In this document: piece by piece, positions 37,945 through 50,640 of the stretch
Layout: each line of letters opens with the position of its first letter
Numbering within the stretch: position 1 is the stretch's first letter
Assembly (NCBI GenBank): GCA_028023455.1
Contig: JAQFVV010000011.1
Location: 1,984,001 to 2,048,000 of the forward strand
Direction: 5' to 3'
From: Epiperipatus broadwayi
Lineage: Eukaryota; Animalia; Onychophora
Length of the DNA stretch: 64,000 bases
Notes under the pieces: generated by a model
Seen by the model: only the letters and a program-made list of their open reading frames with translations
Databases searched by the model: none
Told to the model about the DNA's origin: nothing
Translations under genes and position numbers: made by a program

Positions 37945-38705
37945 TTTGCTTACAATTTCGACTGTTCTGCAGTCTTCATTAGAGTTACATTTAAACATAT
38001 AATCATGTAACAATTACATATTAATATACATATTTTATATTACCATTCATAATCATATTTAATTTTGTTTACTTATATTTTTTAAAATTTTATCTATTTT
38101 CACTTTCATTTTATTCCTATTTTTTTATTTTATTCTATTTTATCCATCATTCCACATTTATTCTGTAATATATCACTACAATCTTTCCATTTTATTTTAT
38201 ATATATATACCTATTTCCTAATACCTTTTATTATCTTCTATTACTTTATAAATTTATTCCTTTATTAATATTCCTATTCTATTCTTACTCTATCCCTGTT
38301 TTCATTTCCCTATTCTCACTTTTTATTTTAATTTTTTCAATTTACTTACTTTTCTATAAGTTTTACTTCTTTCTTCATAACCATAACCAAAATGTTTTTT
38401 AAAAATTTATTAGCTTTCTTTTCCTCTACACCTTTCATACAATTCCCTCTATTATCAATTTTTTTAACATTTTATCCTACTCTTTAAACTGATTATCTAT
38501 TTCAACACTTTTATATATCTTTTTATTAATAATATTTCCTATAATTAATATTTCTATAAAAATGTTTTACCCCCATCTCTATTTAGATTTGGCTTTATCT
38601 TTTTAATTAATATAGCTTCTTTTAATTTTCTATCGCTTCTTTTATTAGTATAACCTATCATTTTTACATTATCTTTCTCAAATATATATCCTGTTTCTAT
38701 AGAAT
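37945..38705 (-). mobile_element. Decayed Penelope-like element fragments with a terminal hammerhead remnant
   Basis: Minus strand: ETGYIFEKDNVKMIG..RKLKEAILI..NRDG (endonuclease C-terminus), KGVEEK..NKFLK linker, GIY-like segment, then CUAAUGA-A-GACUG-CAGAA-CAGUC-GAAA at about 37950-37985. Confidence 0.55.
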
Positions 38706-41149
38706 TCTAAATTCTTTAAATTGGCCTATGTATCAAGTGATTATTAAAATACATAAAATTTTCTAATCAAAAAAGAAAAGTCAATCCAATTGTTAAAATA
38801 ACAGTAATTAAGAAGTAGTAGTAATCTATTAAAATGTTTTCTATTAAAAATAATGTAAAAAGAACATTTTTACTATCATTTTATTTTGCTATTATATTTA
38901 TTAAAACCACTTGTGTCACATGCAAAAAAACAAGGCTATGCATACATAAAAAGTATGCAATCTTTTAGTTAGCTTTAAACAAATATATCTGCATTAATTC
39001 ATATCTCTATTTAAAGAAGCTGTAATTAGAGAATGAAATAAAAAATACTTACTGACACAAAAATCTATAGAAAAAGATTAAGTTGAAAACAAAATCCCAT
39101 AGGAGTTTGAACCCCATCAGTGCTGAAGGTCACATAAAACATTTATTTTATAATCAGATTATTGTTCATCCCTCTAACTAACTCATATTATCCTGGATTT
39201 TAATATCTAATTAACAATTATTAGATAACTATTTATTTACAAATAATCAATGACCAATTGGCTTGACTGTAGGTTAACTATCTGAAAGAAAAGTCCTACA
39301 CCTGCTTGTACACCAAAAAAGATTACAAATTTACCTAGCTAGATAATGAGAATTTCTAACCATTATACAACAAGCCAGTGAAGTTATGCTGAGAATAGTA
39401 CACACATACATTTTGGCATCAATAATAATATAATCAAAAATTAAAAAAAAAAATTAACGATCCATAGTAAAAAAAAAAAAATAAAGATGAGATTACTGAA
39501 TTCCAAAAAAAAGTCTTAGAAAAAATATTTATGGAATATAATCATTTTTTAACTTCTGAAAGAATTATATTCTAAAACATTTTGCATATTTTAGGTGTCT
39601 CACATTAACTAAATAAATACAAAATGTTTTTATTAATCTTGCAGCCTATCTAAATTAATTGCATGCAGAATACTATTAATCTGAACATTCAACTGTATTT
39701 TAAAATATTATCCAAGTGAAATTACTAACTATTGTTTTGATTTATTTTAGTAACTTCTACATTAAAAAATGTACTAATACAAACATAAGTATATTTAATA
39801 TTTTAAGATTCTATGTTATTAATTTTTTCTCAATTGACTTAAACAACTCTCACATTGGCACTAATATCAAATTATTGTTAATTATATAGTGATTAAGCAT
39901 GAATTTAAATGATCTGTGCATCAATATTTGAAATATAGATTTACAATGAATGGTTACAATAGTAATAAATCTGTAGTTTAGTTTTCATTTTTGTATCTAG
40001 ATGTCAGGAGTTATCAACATATGGGAAAGCTTTACAGATCAATGGTCAAATTGCAGAATTCAAGTTGCACAAAATGGCAACACTTGTTAAATTTTATTTC
40101 CAAAATAAAAAGAATTCTAAAAAAAAAATTGTTTCAACATTAGTTTCATTCATATTAAAGATGTTTTTATTTAATAAATATAAAATATATTTTCATAATA
40201 ATATCACATTTTTAGAAGAATTAAACTTATGTGTTCCTAAAAAAGGAGAAATAAATTTATATAATTCTAGCTAACATGCTTTTAAAAATAAATTTGTTGT
40301 TTTTACTATTTTTCATTATGTTAATTATGTTTAAAATTAATGTTTATAAAAATTACTGTTAATAAAAATTATACTAAAAAGAATTTAGTATTGATTACTT
40401 TATTTATACTGAAGATCACATAATTTTTTTTCAAAATTAGTTTCAATTTAGTTGGTTTATTTTTCATGGAAATGATTAATAAAATAAATTTATAAAGTAA
40501 CTAAACTTTAGTAGTAATATTAATAATTATTTAAATTTTTAGCAGTTTGGGTTTACAATAAAGGGAAAGGTTATTAATGAAATCTGAAATTTTCATTAAT
40601 CCCATAAAAAGCCTTGATCCCCCCCCCCCAGCCTTGGAATTAAGGATTTAGGAATAATGATACTTTATTCATAATATCATTGATTACCATTTGTTTTCTT
40701 TGACTGGAAACAGCCAATCTTTTAGTCAATAAATATTACTTATTAAAGAAATAAAATCTTACTAATTTAGTTTTGCTAAAGCTTCACTATGAAAAAGTAA
40801 AGTAATCAAATAAATGATCTACAAATGCAAGTGAGTGATAAAGTGGCTAACTATTGAAAAAAAACTCCAAAGTTCAACCAAGATTTGAATTCCAGACACA
40901 TCAAGATGTCTTTGACCAAGTAACATTTATAATCTATATTACCATATAAGAAAATATGATCTCAATTCCAAAGGTAAAAAAATATTTGTAGTTTTGATGT
41001 GGTGTCAAGAAATTTGTTAATATTAAGTAACTTAGTTCAAAATAAAATTATTAACATTGTACCTGGAATATATATTTTTAAGTAATAATCATTATAAGCA
41101 CATATTTAATTGCAAATAATTAAAAGTAGTACTATAAATTCATGATGCA

Positions 41150-41375
41150 CAGATGGTGCATCCACTTGCCAAGCATATGACCTGGAGTTTGAACCTGTAC
41201 CTAACGAATTAAAGAGATTAAGGATTTTTGTCTCAGCTAATTGTCCCATATCCAACTTAGCTAACTATCTATCACTGGTTAATAAATGAGTACCTACATA
41301 TCCTTAAAAGGTAAAACCAAGGTGATAAAAGATCAAATCTTCACCGCCTGGGACTTTGGTAAGCCTCATAAGTAT
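41150..41375 (+). mobile_element. Old tRNA-derived SINE remnant (different family)
   Basis: B-box-like GGAGTTTGAACC followed by an AAATGAGTACC...GGTAAAA body typical of invertebrate SINEs; very diverged. Confidence 0.35.
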
Positions 41376-44300
41376 GGCTTTCTCTTTTAAATGTCTTTTG
41401 TGAGGGATTGTTGAAGAGATTTTTGCCTTGTAATTGTTTTTTTTTTGTTTAAAAAAAGTTTCAGCTTCTGTTCACTTATTTTAAATTAAATAATTTATTT
41501 ATATATTTATAAATAATAAATTTTATTTAATAATGGCTATTTTTTATTATTTATTAATCGGAACTTTAAAATTAGAAGTTTATAAATTTCTACAAAATAT
41601 CAAGACATTTTTTTGTTTTAAATTAGATAGAAATAAATCTTATTGCAATATGCCTTTAACATTTTTTATGCTGGCTTTGCTTCAAAATTTGAAAATTTGC
41701 AGGTTTTAAACATAAGTACACCATAAATTCTATATAAAAAGTTTATCTGCTAGAATGATAATTGCACATCATTACAAGCATGTTTATGTTTTTACATTGA
41801 ATGTATCAATATTCATCAGACCATTGCAGGCTAAACTGGACTTCTATTGTCAACCATTATTAAGCTTCAATTACCTAAACAAAAAAAAAAATCTTAAGCC
41901 TTTTTGTAACCTGAAAGAAAAATTTAAACTTCACATAGCTTAGAATCAAACAACATGTCATGGATATGATGAATAGATGAATACCCCATTATATTATGTG
42001 CAGCCTATTTTGCCTTTGCTTCCAAAGTGTAAGCTTGTGGTTAAGACTTGTGGAGGTCCCTACCTTCGCATTTTCACATGCATATTTTAAGGTTTATAGC
42101 CTTAGTAAATATCAATGTGCGTTTAAATAAATTTATAATTACAACTTTAAATTATCATAATAGATTTCTAACTATAAGATCTTTCCATTGATTTGTTGTA
42201 AATCGAAAGATTTCATGATTTCTAATGTGTAATAGGAATTGTGGACTTAATCAGTGAAGTATTGAATAGTTTCATGCTTCAGCTTCACTTCACCTATTCA
42301 TATAGAAAGTAGGTTGAAATAAAGAAAGGTTCCCCCTTTATTAGGTTCATGCGCATATTCTTAAGGTTAATAGCCTTAGTAAATATTACTTGACAGTATA
42401 AGTAAATATAATTCTAATAATTTTAATAACAGTAAATACACAATAATTATTAAATATGTAGCACTAAGAATATGAACAATATTTATGGACAAAGAAAATC
42501 CAAAAGCATATACTGTAATATAATAATACTGGTCAGATTTAACTAATAATTTTAATAAACTTACAAATAATACCTTCTCTCTGAGCAATATTAGTCTATC
42601 AGTCAGATAAAAAATGGATCACAAACCAATCATCCATACTCAAAAAAGAAGTAAATCTTTATAGCAATGGTGATCTGCATAAAGTCTTTTAAACTAGCTC
42701 TTAGTATCAAATAACAATTAAAATATACCTGTAATAATTTTAATAACAAATTAAGAAAATGATCACTATTGAATATGTGGTGCCAATAATATCTAATTAT
42801 GGAGAAGTAAGTTATGAAGGTGCATTCCACAATAATTCACAAACTTGCCTTAAGTATGTTATTAAAATTATTAGAATTTACATCTTAACTGTTATTTGAT
42901 ATAAAAGCTAGTTCGGTAAAGACTTTAACAAAATCACCACTACTAAAAAATCCTTTTATGATTGACTCTCTAGCCAAACATTGTCAGCCAATTGGAAAAA
43001 TGTAATCCATTTTAATCAGAGTCGGTACAAGAAAGGGTATTATTGACAGTTTTATTAAATTACCTGCGTTGTGAATTATTATAGTATGCACTTTCTGAAT
43101 TTATCCCATAAATATTATAATGCAAAGATAATTAATACATGTAAATGTGTATTTACTTATATACTTTTAAATATAGTCATAAAGAATAACTCGGTTTAAA
43201 ACAAGATTTTGAAAGATGTTGAATATATAAATATATATTTATAAGTACTGTATTATGAATATCTTAGTTAAATAATGAGAGGATATTTATATTATTACAA
43301 TTGAGAACAAATATATACATATAATAATAAAAAGTATATAAGTATTAAAAAAAAAAATCCGAATGTAAATAAAATTATATAAAAATGAAAATAAAGTACA
43401 TATATATATATTAGGAACAAACAAAATATTTACCAATATTCTAAGTCCAAAAGATAATAATAGTAATAAACGATTATAAAAAAAAAAAGAGATGAAATTA
43501 TAATTACAAATATGCTTTACAGTATAAATGATAAAAGGGAACTCTATCCGTATTGTAGTTGCTATTGTAAATTTTATAAAAATAAATTTTAGACAAATTA
43601 GTTTGCCCAATGACTAAGGTCTGCTACCCTCCCATGGGTGATATCATTTATGGCATTGCAATGGGGCTAAAAAAAAATTCTTATACATTCATTTGAATAA
43701 AATGACTAACAGCAAACTTCTTAAAAGTGAGTCATTAAAAAGTTACATTTAATAGAGGATATTAAAATAAAAGATTTTTAAAAGAAAAATTATTTGTGGT
43801 TTACTATTTACATTATGAATATATGTGTGAGTGTGTTTGTGAATATGAACGTGTGTAAACAGTAAAAATACGCACATATAGTCAATATTTTCCATTTTTA
43901 ATAAAAATTATAATCATTTACTTTAATAACAGCAATTCAAATGATTAAAGTTTTATCATAAATTATATGGAAAATAAAACGGTGTACATATTCGGATGAG
44001 ATTAAATAAACATATAAAGATACAAACACACGCATGTTTACAGATTCGGAGTTGTAGAAAATATCTTCTTTATTTAAATTCACACGCACACACACAGAAA
44101 ATTTATTTTTGTTGTAATGTATTTTAATTCTGGTTTGAGATTCTTTATTTTGTATAAATGAATATGTATAATTTACCTAAAAATATATAGGTAAGAACAT
44201 ATAGTGGGTGGAATTCTATCTATCCATCATAAAACTGCAAGGCTATCTATCAGTCCGGTGAATTTTGAAATATAGTAGGGATATGCTAGTTTCAAAACTA

Positions 44301-45981
44301 ACAACTTTTTTTTTAAAAGAAATATATGGCCCTATGAAATGTTGCCCCCTAGTTTGGGTGCTGCTGGAAGTGTCAGAACTGAAAATGGTCCGAGGACCCC
44401 ACACTTCAATCTGGTACTCTATCACACCATTAAACCATAAATGATGACATAGTTTTTTATGCTAGACAAATAAAAAATAAGTATTGAGAGCACAAGCATA
44501 ATTTATATATTGCTTATATCAATTTATCCCGTAACTCATATATACAGCTTTTAGATGATGAAATACAGTGTTATAAATTAATATTAAACAAAAATACATG
44601 GTAGTTAGTAGTAGCTGCCATTTTAATTTCTATTTTTATGTTGGTGATCTTTGGAATAGCTTATAGATAATTGAAGATGTAATATGGATTTGATAGTTAA
44701 CATCTTGATTCTCATCTTTCTGGATTCTAGACTTACATTATGCTATTGTCATTAATTCAAAGGATGATTTAACATTTTTAATGATGTGAATGCAACCAAC
44801 AGATAATGATTTAGTAGCATAATGTTAAACAAATTCATAAGCTTTACCAGCAACTTTTGACTTAGATGGCTATCAGAATGAACATGTGCATTAATTAATA
44901 TCTTTTTAGGTAGAAAGACAGTCTGATGTATACATACAACATAGATTTAAATGTGGTACAGCTATATTTAATATAATATTCGACTTTAAGAGATTGGTCA
45001 GTAATGAAAATGGCATTGATTAAATTTATATTAGTGTATTTATTATGTTGAATGATATATTTCATCACAATTATATAACTACTCAATAACATTACTTGTC
45101 TAGAAGATTGCAATTCTGCTAAATAACTACATGGAAACAAGACACATACTCCTTATTGATGTGATGTAAAGATATTATAGAATCTTATTTGAAAAATACT
45201 CTAGAAATCTGATGGAGATGTCATCAGATCTAATAGTAATTTGTTGATCATAATGATAATGAATCTACAATAATAAGAAAGGTTCTATATTTGATGAGTA
45301 TGTGAACAAATGAATAATAATGGACTTTCTAAAATGTTTTTTTTTGGTGACTCTGAGCATGGTTTTCATAAAGAAGCAGATTCTATTCACATTAAAGAAT
45401 ATTTCCAATAACATTTTAAAAATATGTAATATTGGCAAATGAGTGAAGATAGAATACAATGAGGATTACAATTAAGAAAAATATCAACATTTTTCAAAAA
45501 CAAATGTTCTGCAGAAAAAGAGATGTTAATTAAATGAACCAATATATGTAGCCACATTTGCATTGCATAGATTGGTTTGTGGAGTCACTACAAAAGTCAT
45601 TTTAGCTTTTTGTCCCTAAGTCTTTTCTTTTAAGACTTAAAATTGACTACAGTCATTTACAAGAGTCAGCCAATGATACTAATGAAGAAAAAAAAATTAA
45701 GTGAAAGAATATATTAGGTAAAAAATTCATACTTATTAGGTAAGAAAAAAAAAATATCAATATTAGAACAATAATTGATAAATTAAAATTAAAAGATGAA
45801 AGTTATTTAATAAAATCAATAAAAACATTACATGAACTATCATGTTTTCAGCTTACAGTATGGCTATTTTAGTAGCATACTTTACCTATCTTTCTGTCAT
45901 TCAAAGTAACCTTTAGAAATCATTGATAGTTGCCAGATGGCAGTGCTTAATAAATCTCTATCCTGTGCTTTCTTTCCAAAA

Positions 45982-46023
45982 TCCCCAGACTAGTTTCATG
46001 CTTATGGCTTTCATCAGTTAGCT
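45982..46023 (-). ncRNA. Degenerate hammerhead motif (family B)
   Basis: CUGAUGA-AAGC-CAUAA-GCAU-GAAACUAGUC-UGGGGA. The core is intact but stems I and II are weakened. The 3' flank is homologous to that of the 49.3-kb copy. Confidence 0.55.
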
Positions 46024-48125
46024 TTGAATCTTGATGCAGTAAGGTTATACGACTGACCCCATATTATTAATTAAAATTCTACTTTGACCAGAGTGGATCA
46101 CTATTATATATAAAATATAATAATAATCTCTTTCATTATACTAATGGCAGTTTCGTATTTCGCGTGAATTTGATATAATTTTTTCCTCATCACCTTTAAG
46201 ACTTAAAATGAGAATTTTCATTACTTTAAGCTTAGACTGATTGAGGATTAAAAAAATATATTTGTTGCCATTTTGGATAGATTGATTGAGTCAATATCAA
46301 TTTTTTTTTTTTAAGAACTGTGATCATATTATTTATTGTCTTGAAAAAAATTTTTTTTTTGTTTTGTTTACTAAAAAAAATAAATCGTCCACACATATAA
46401 AATACTAATATAAGCTTTCCCTATGGCACATTATAATTAAATTCTATTATGTAATAATAAAATACATTAGTTTGCTTACTTTTTAATAAAATCATAAAAT
46501 AATAATCAATATTCTGATTTTTGTTTGGAAGACAACATCAGAACTACTGGATTGATGATGGATATCATATGAGTAAAATAAAAATTGTCAGAATCAATAA
46601 ATCTATTTTATGACGGATTTCTTAATGTATTTACAATCTAAAAAACATTCACAATATGCATTCACTTATAAGTGTAATAATGATCAGCGCATCGCATCGC
46701 ATATCCATAACCTAGAATTCAAATCCAAGCTATGTTTCCCAAAGATTCCAAACAGACATAGGATTTTTCTTTCAGATAGCTGTACCACAGCTAACCAATA
46801 CTGATCAGTAAATGAATATCCAGCTATTCCTAGCTGGAAAATAAACAAGAATAAAAAGAGCATTAAAATTCTCACCCCCACACAATTGGAGCAGTGAGTT
46901 ATTTAAAAAGCTGTGAAAAGTCCGCTAAAGAATAAAAGCTTCTCTAAAAGCTCTTCATAAAATAATAGAGAAAGAAGAATATCACCAGGTGTGCTAAATG
47001 CCAATTAGTGAAAGTTTGAGCATTTTTATACCTTCCTCAGGTATGGGCAATACCGGAACGAAAAATCCAAAGCTTAATATTACAACAATAAAAATTCAAA
47101 TTTTATCTGACTTCGAATTAAACCCAATTAACACGCATGGCAGCACTGACCTATAAAATTTTTCAGATGTATACGTATATATATACATTCATAATACACA
47201 AAATTTAAAATATTAGTTTGTTTATCATTATATATATAAAGTATGGCCAGTAATAATAATAAAAATCTCAATAATAGAAACCAAAAGAATAAAGAGTTCT
47301 TAGGTTGTTTTTTTTTTTACGACGATAAATGATTTAATTAAAACTTCACTCTTATTTTTTAATGATTATGTTAAGCAGAGCAATATGCAAAGCAGAAGAC
47401 CTTCTGTTGCCTACTGTCAATGAATGACCTTTAAAATAATGATTCGAGAAACTGCTCTAGACAAATATATCCTTCAATTATACATAAATATTATTTTAGC
47501 AATAAAGTATATTATTAAAGTCATTAAGGTTCCACTCCAGCAAACAAAAACTTTAAAAAAAATAAATAAAGAGAAAAAGATTGAACAGAAGCTCCCCTCA
47601 TTAATCAATAGCATCTTTCTTAAATTTCATCCCTTGCATCATCTTTTATTCATCAAACTACCATTCTCAGCTTTGCTTCCCTCTTTTTAAGTGTAAAATG
47701 ACAGAAATTTCAAGTCAAGAGAGTCTAGTTAGTTCACCACTAAAGTTTTTTTTTTTTTTTAACAGTTGTACATTTTAAAATCAACGACTAAATTTGAAAA
47801 ATGTAAGATTTACCACTATTTTAATAAATGTTAAAGTAAAACAAACAAAAACCGATTTTAATAAAGATATAAAGTAATTACATTCAGGTCGCAAATGCAG
47901 AGATAAATTATCAGAATTGTACTGAAAGAGATAATTATATATAATAATGGAATTAATGTAAAATACATAATGACTGTTAAAATAAATTATACAAGTTTAT
48001 TATGCTAAGCATTTATATATATATTTAACTGGGATGGCAAAATATTAAGATCCCCCCCTCCCCAATAAAATTATCATGTATGAATTAAGATAAATTTATA
48101 TTCATATCTGTATTTTACACTTGGT

Positions 48126-48259
48126 AAAAGACCCAGAAACAGACCACACGTGAGATTGATGAATGAAATAAGAAAGTGTGCAGGGATGATGTGTAGAGAG
48201 GCTAGAGATTAGAGAAGATGGATTGAACTTGGAATGGAATGATGATGGTTGATGATGAT
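48126..48259 (+). mobile_element. Short 3'-terminal copy of the 30.4-32.5 kb RTE LINE
   Basis: Aligns with 32324-32480, including the (GAT)n tail. Confidence 0.85.
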
Positions 48260-49000
48260 TTAACAATTTATTCAGGATTAACATTTCAAAGTCTTTTGAA
48301 TATTTTAAATTCACACTTAACATAAAGTAAAGGCCAAGAAAGTTTAACTCTCATATTCTAAAACAACTATCATCCTAACAATTCATAAAATTTGTTGTCG
48401 TTGATTAAAAAGTACACAGTATTTCAAGCAAAAAATATTAATTATTTCATCATATGGTCAATGAAGAACAATTAAACTTTTTTTTCGATAATCCCCATAC
48501 TATATAAGCCTTTCCACAGTTCTCCCTATTTATAATTCACATATGTTTAGCACTTTCTATAGATACTTAATCAATATATGAAATTTCTAATATTGCATGC
48601 ATGGTTTACTTAATTAATACATGAACTTTCTAATATTGCATGCATGGTTTTGATAGTGTTAGAGCAACTATAACATGGAATTTCAAATGAGCTTCACTAT
48701 TTTTGATTAAATTTAAAAATCAAAGGAGTTCATTTTTTAACTTCTAGAATAAAAATTAAAACAGTACTCAATACATTATTTTTTTAATGAAATAATATAT
48801 AAATTCATAAAAGGCAATGAAATCATACATTAAATTATATAGTAAAAAAATTTTCATTAATTTTTTAAAACTTAAGCAATTCTGATACAATTTTCAATTT
48901 ATCCTTGCTGTTTTTTTGCATAAAATTTGATATAAACAAGTAAATATATACTTTTTAAAACTTCTATAATAATATTTAATATGGAATCAATATGTTTTAA

Positions 49001-49413
49001 GCCAATAAATATCATGTGATCACTATTTCTTATGCTTGCTCTTAAAACCAATCTGGTGGCTATGGTTATTAAAGAACCAAAGACACCAAAATGTGTAGGC
49101 ACTGAACTGAGTTCAGACCTATATGACTTATATAAGCTGATGAGCTTGAATTGAAAATATTATAGTGTTTTTCAATTTAAGTCTCATAGTTTTGTAGTTT
49201 AAGTAGAGATAAAAGGTGGCTGCTGGAGGGTTGCATTAGATTCTAAGATCTAGGTGCAGTGCTTTCAGATCCAAGGCTCCTCACTGATGAAGGCCACAAG
49301 CCAGAAACTAGTCTGGGGATATTGGATGAGTAGGCATGCACAAGCCTTCTGGCATCCATTGATTACTCTGGCTTGCACTGAGCAGCAATACATAGAGAGA
49401 GTTTTGCCTGTTT
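49001..49413 (+). mobile_element. 413-bp non-coding hammerhead-bearing insertion (family B) with 17-bp TSD
   Basis: GAATCAATATGTTTTAA at 48984-49000 and 49414-49430. Hammerhead at 49269-49327. Confidence 0.8.
49269..49327 (+). ncRNA. Minimal type I hammerhead ribozyme (family B, best copy)
   Basis: Stem I UCCUCA/UGGGGA extended by AUCCAA/UUGGAU; CUGAUGA 49284-49290; A-GGC-CACAA-GCC-A; GAAAC-UA-G-UC with palindromic ACUAGU; predicted GUC cleavage after C49313. Confidence 0.75.
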
Positions 49414-50029
49414 GAATCAATATGTTTTAATTAGTTTTTAAATTATATATTAGATTTATTTATTTTTTTTCTAATGTTTGAAAACTTGTGTTCCTTAAGT
49501 TTGCTTTAAGTCAATACTGGTAAAAATAATATTTAAAGTGCTTTTAAAAATATTTATCTATTTTATTTATTTTGAAAGATATATAATATAAATATGATAA
49601 AAAATACATTTCAATGCTCACATAGAAACACTAAAAAAAAATAGCATGCTTACAAAAAAAAAAGAGATTTGCATTAATATAATTCTAAACAAAAAAAGTT
49701 AATTTAATTTTTTAAAAAGTTAAATATTAATAAGCATTTATTAAAACATTAACTTCATCTATTAAAAAATAAAATATTCATTTATATTTTTAATGTAACT
49801 GGTTGAACAAGTAATTATTATAATCTATATACATATATATATATATAAAAGAAAAGCACTAAAATTTTATAATAGTTATTTCTCTTTACAGTAATCAAGA
49901 GCTTAATATCAATAAAATAGGTTTATTTTGGTTAATAATTAGATACAGGAACATACAGAATTATTTAATAAAATAATAAGAAAACAGGGTTTAATTAATC
50001 TTCAATATTTTTATATTTCATTAAAAGTT

Positions 50030-50640
50030 GTTTAATTGCACATTTTTGTCTAATAAGATTTACCTACTAATCACTTCCTCTTTTACAAACGTGGTCATAA
50101 CATAGACCCTACTTGCAGCATTTGCATGAACGGCGATGAGACATTGGAACACCTTTTCTCACAATGTATGGGATTCAGAGTGATCCGAGAAATCATACTC
50201 TCCAACACCAAGATAGATTTCCAACTGATCTCATCTCTGAAAGATAGTATCAATACTAAAACCTATCCAATAATACGTCTCTCGGTGTTTTTGAACTATG
50301 CCATATGGGTTACACGTTGTAAACTAATCATGGAACACCCACAACCTAATATAAAACAGGTTTTTTTCAAAACAATGATTAAAATCCAGAAGAGAGACCA
50401 ACTCCTGGCATCGTCGAAAACATTTGAAGACACTTGGACATTATACAATATGCCAAACTAACAACAAGGCAAAAGGGGGGGGGGGTAACAATCAGATAAC
50501 AAATATGTGAAAGATCTAATGTTCACACCATATTTGGCAACATAGACTCATCAGAACCCAAATGGAAATAACAAGATAGTTAGAACAACAATGTAAACCC
50601 CAATTGTATGATTACACATCACTGTATACATTAGAAATAA
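50030..50640 (+). mobile_element. L1/Tx1-like LINE 3' fragment (zf-RVT cysteine motif)
   Basis: LPTN..L..R....DPTCSICMNGDETLEHLFSQC and IRLSVFLNYAIWVTRC, related to the 60.0-61.2 kb copy. Confidence 0.8.

Noticed and set aside
43287-43610. 107-aa minus-strand ORF rich in F, I and L
   Set aside because: Low-complexity AT-rich sequence with no motif or convincing splice context.
46797-47918. Minus-strand exon pair TILIIYLCICDLN|LGIAGYSFTDQYW
   Set aside because: A promoter-like CpG patch with TCAGT and a donor lies between them (47030-47155), and no homolog was recognised. Too ambiguous to call.
48579-48649. Short direct repeats (48579-48649; also about 42066-42104 versus 42347-42385)
   Set aside because: Only two units with no unique regular spacers. 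These are local duplications, not a CRISPR-like array.
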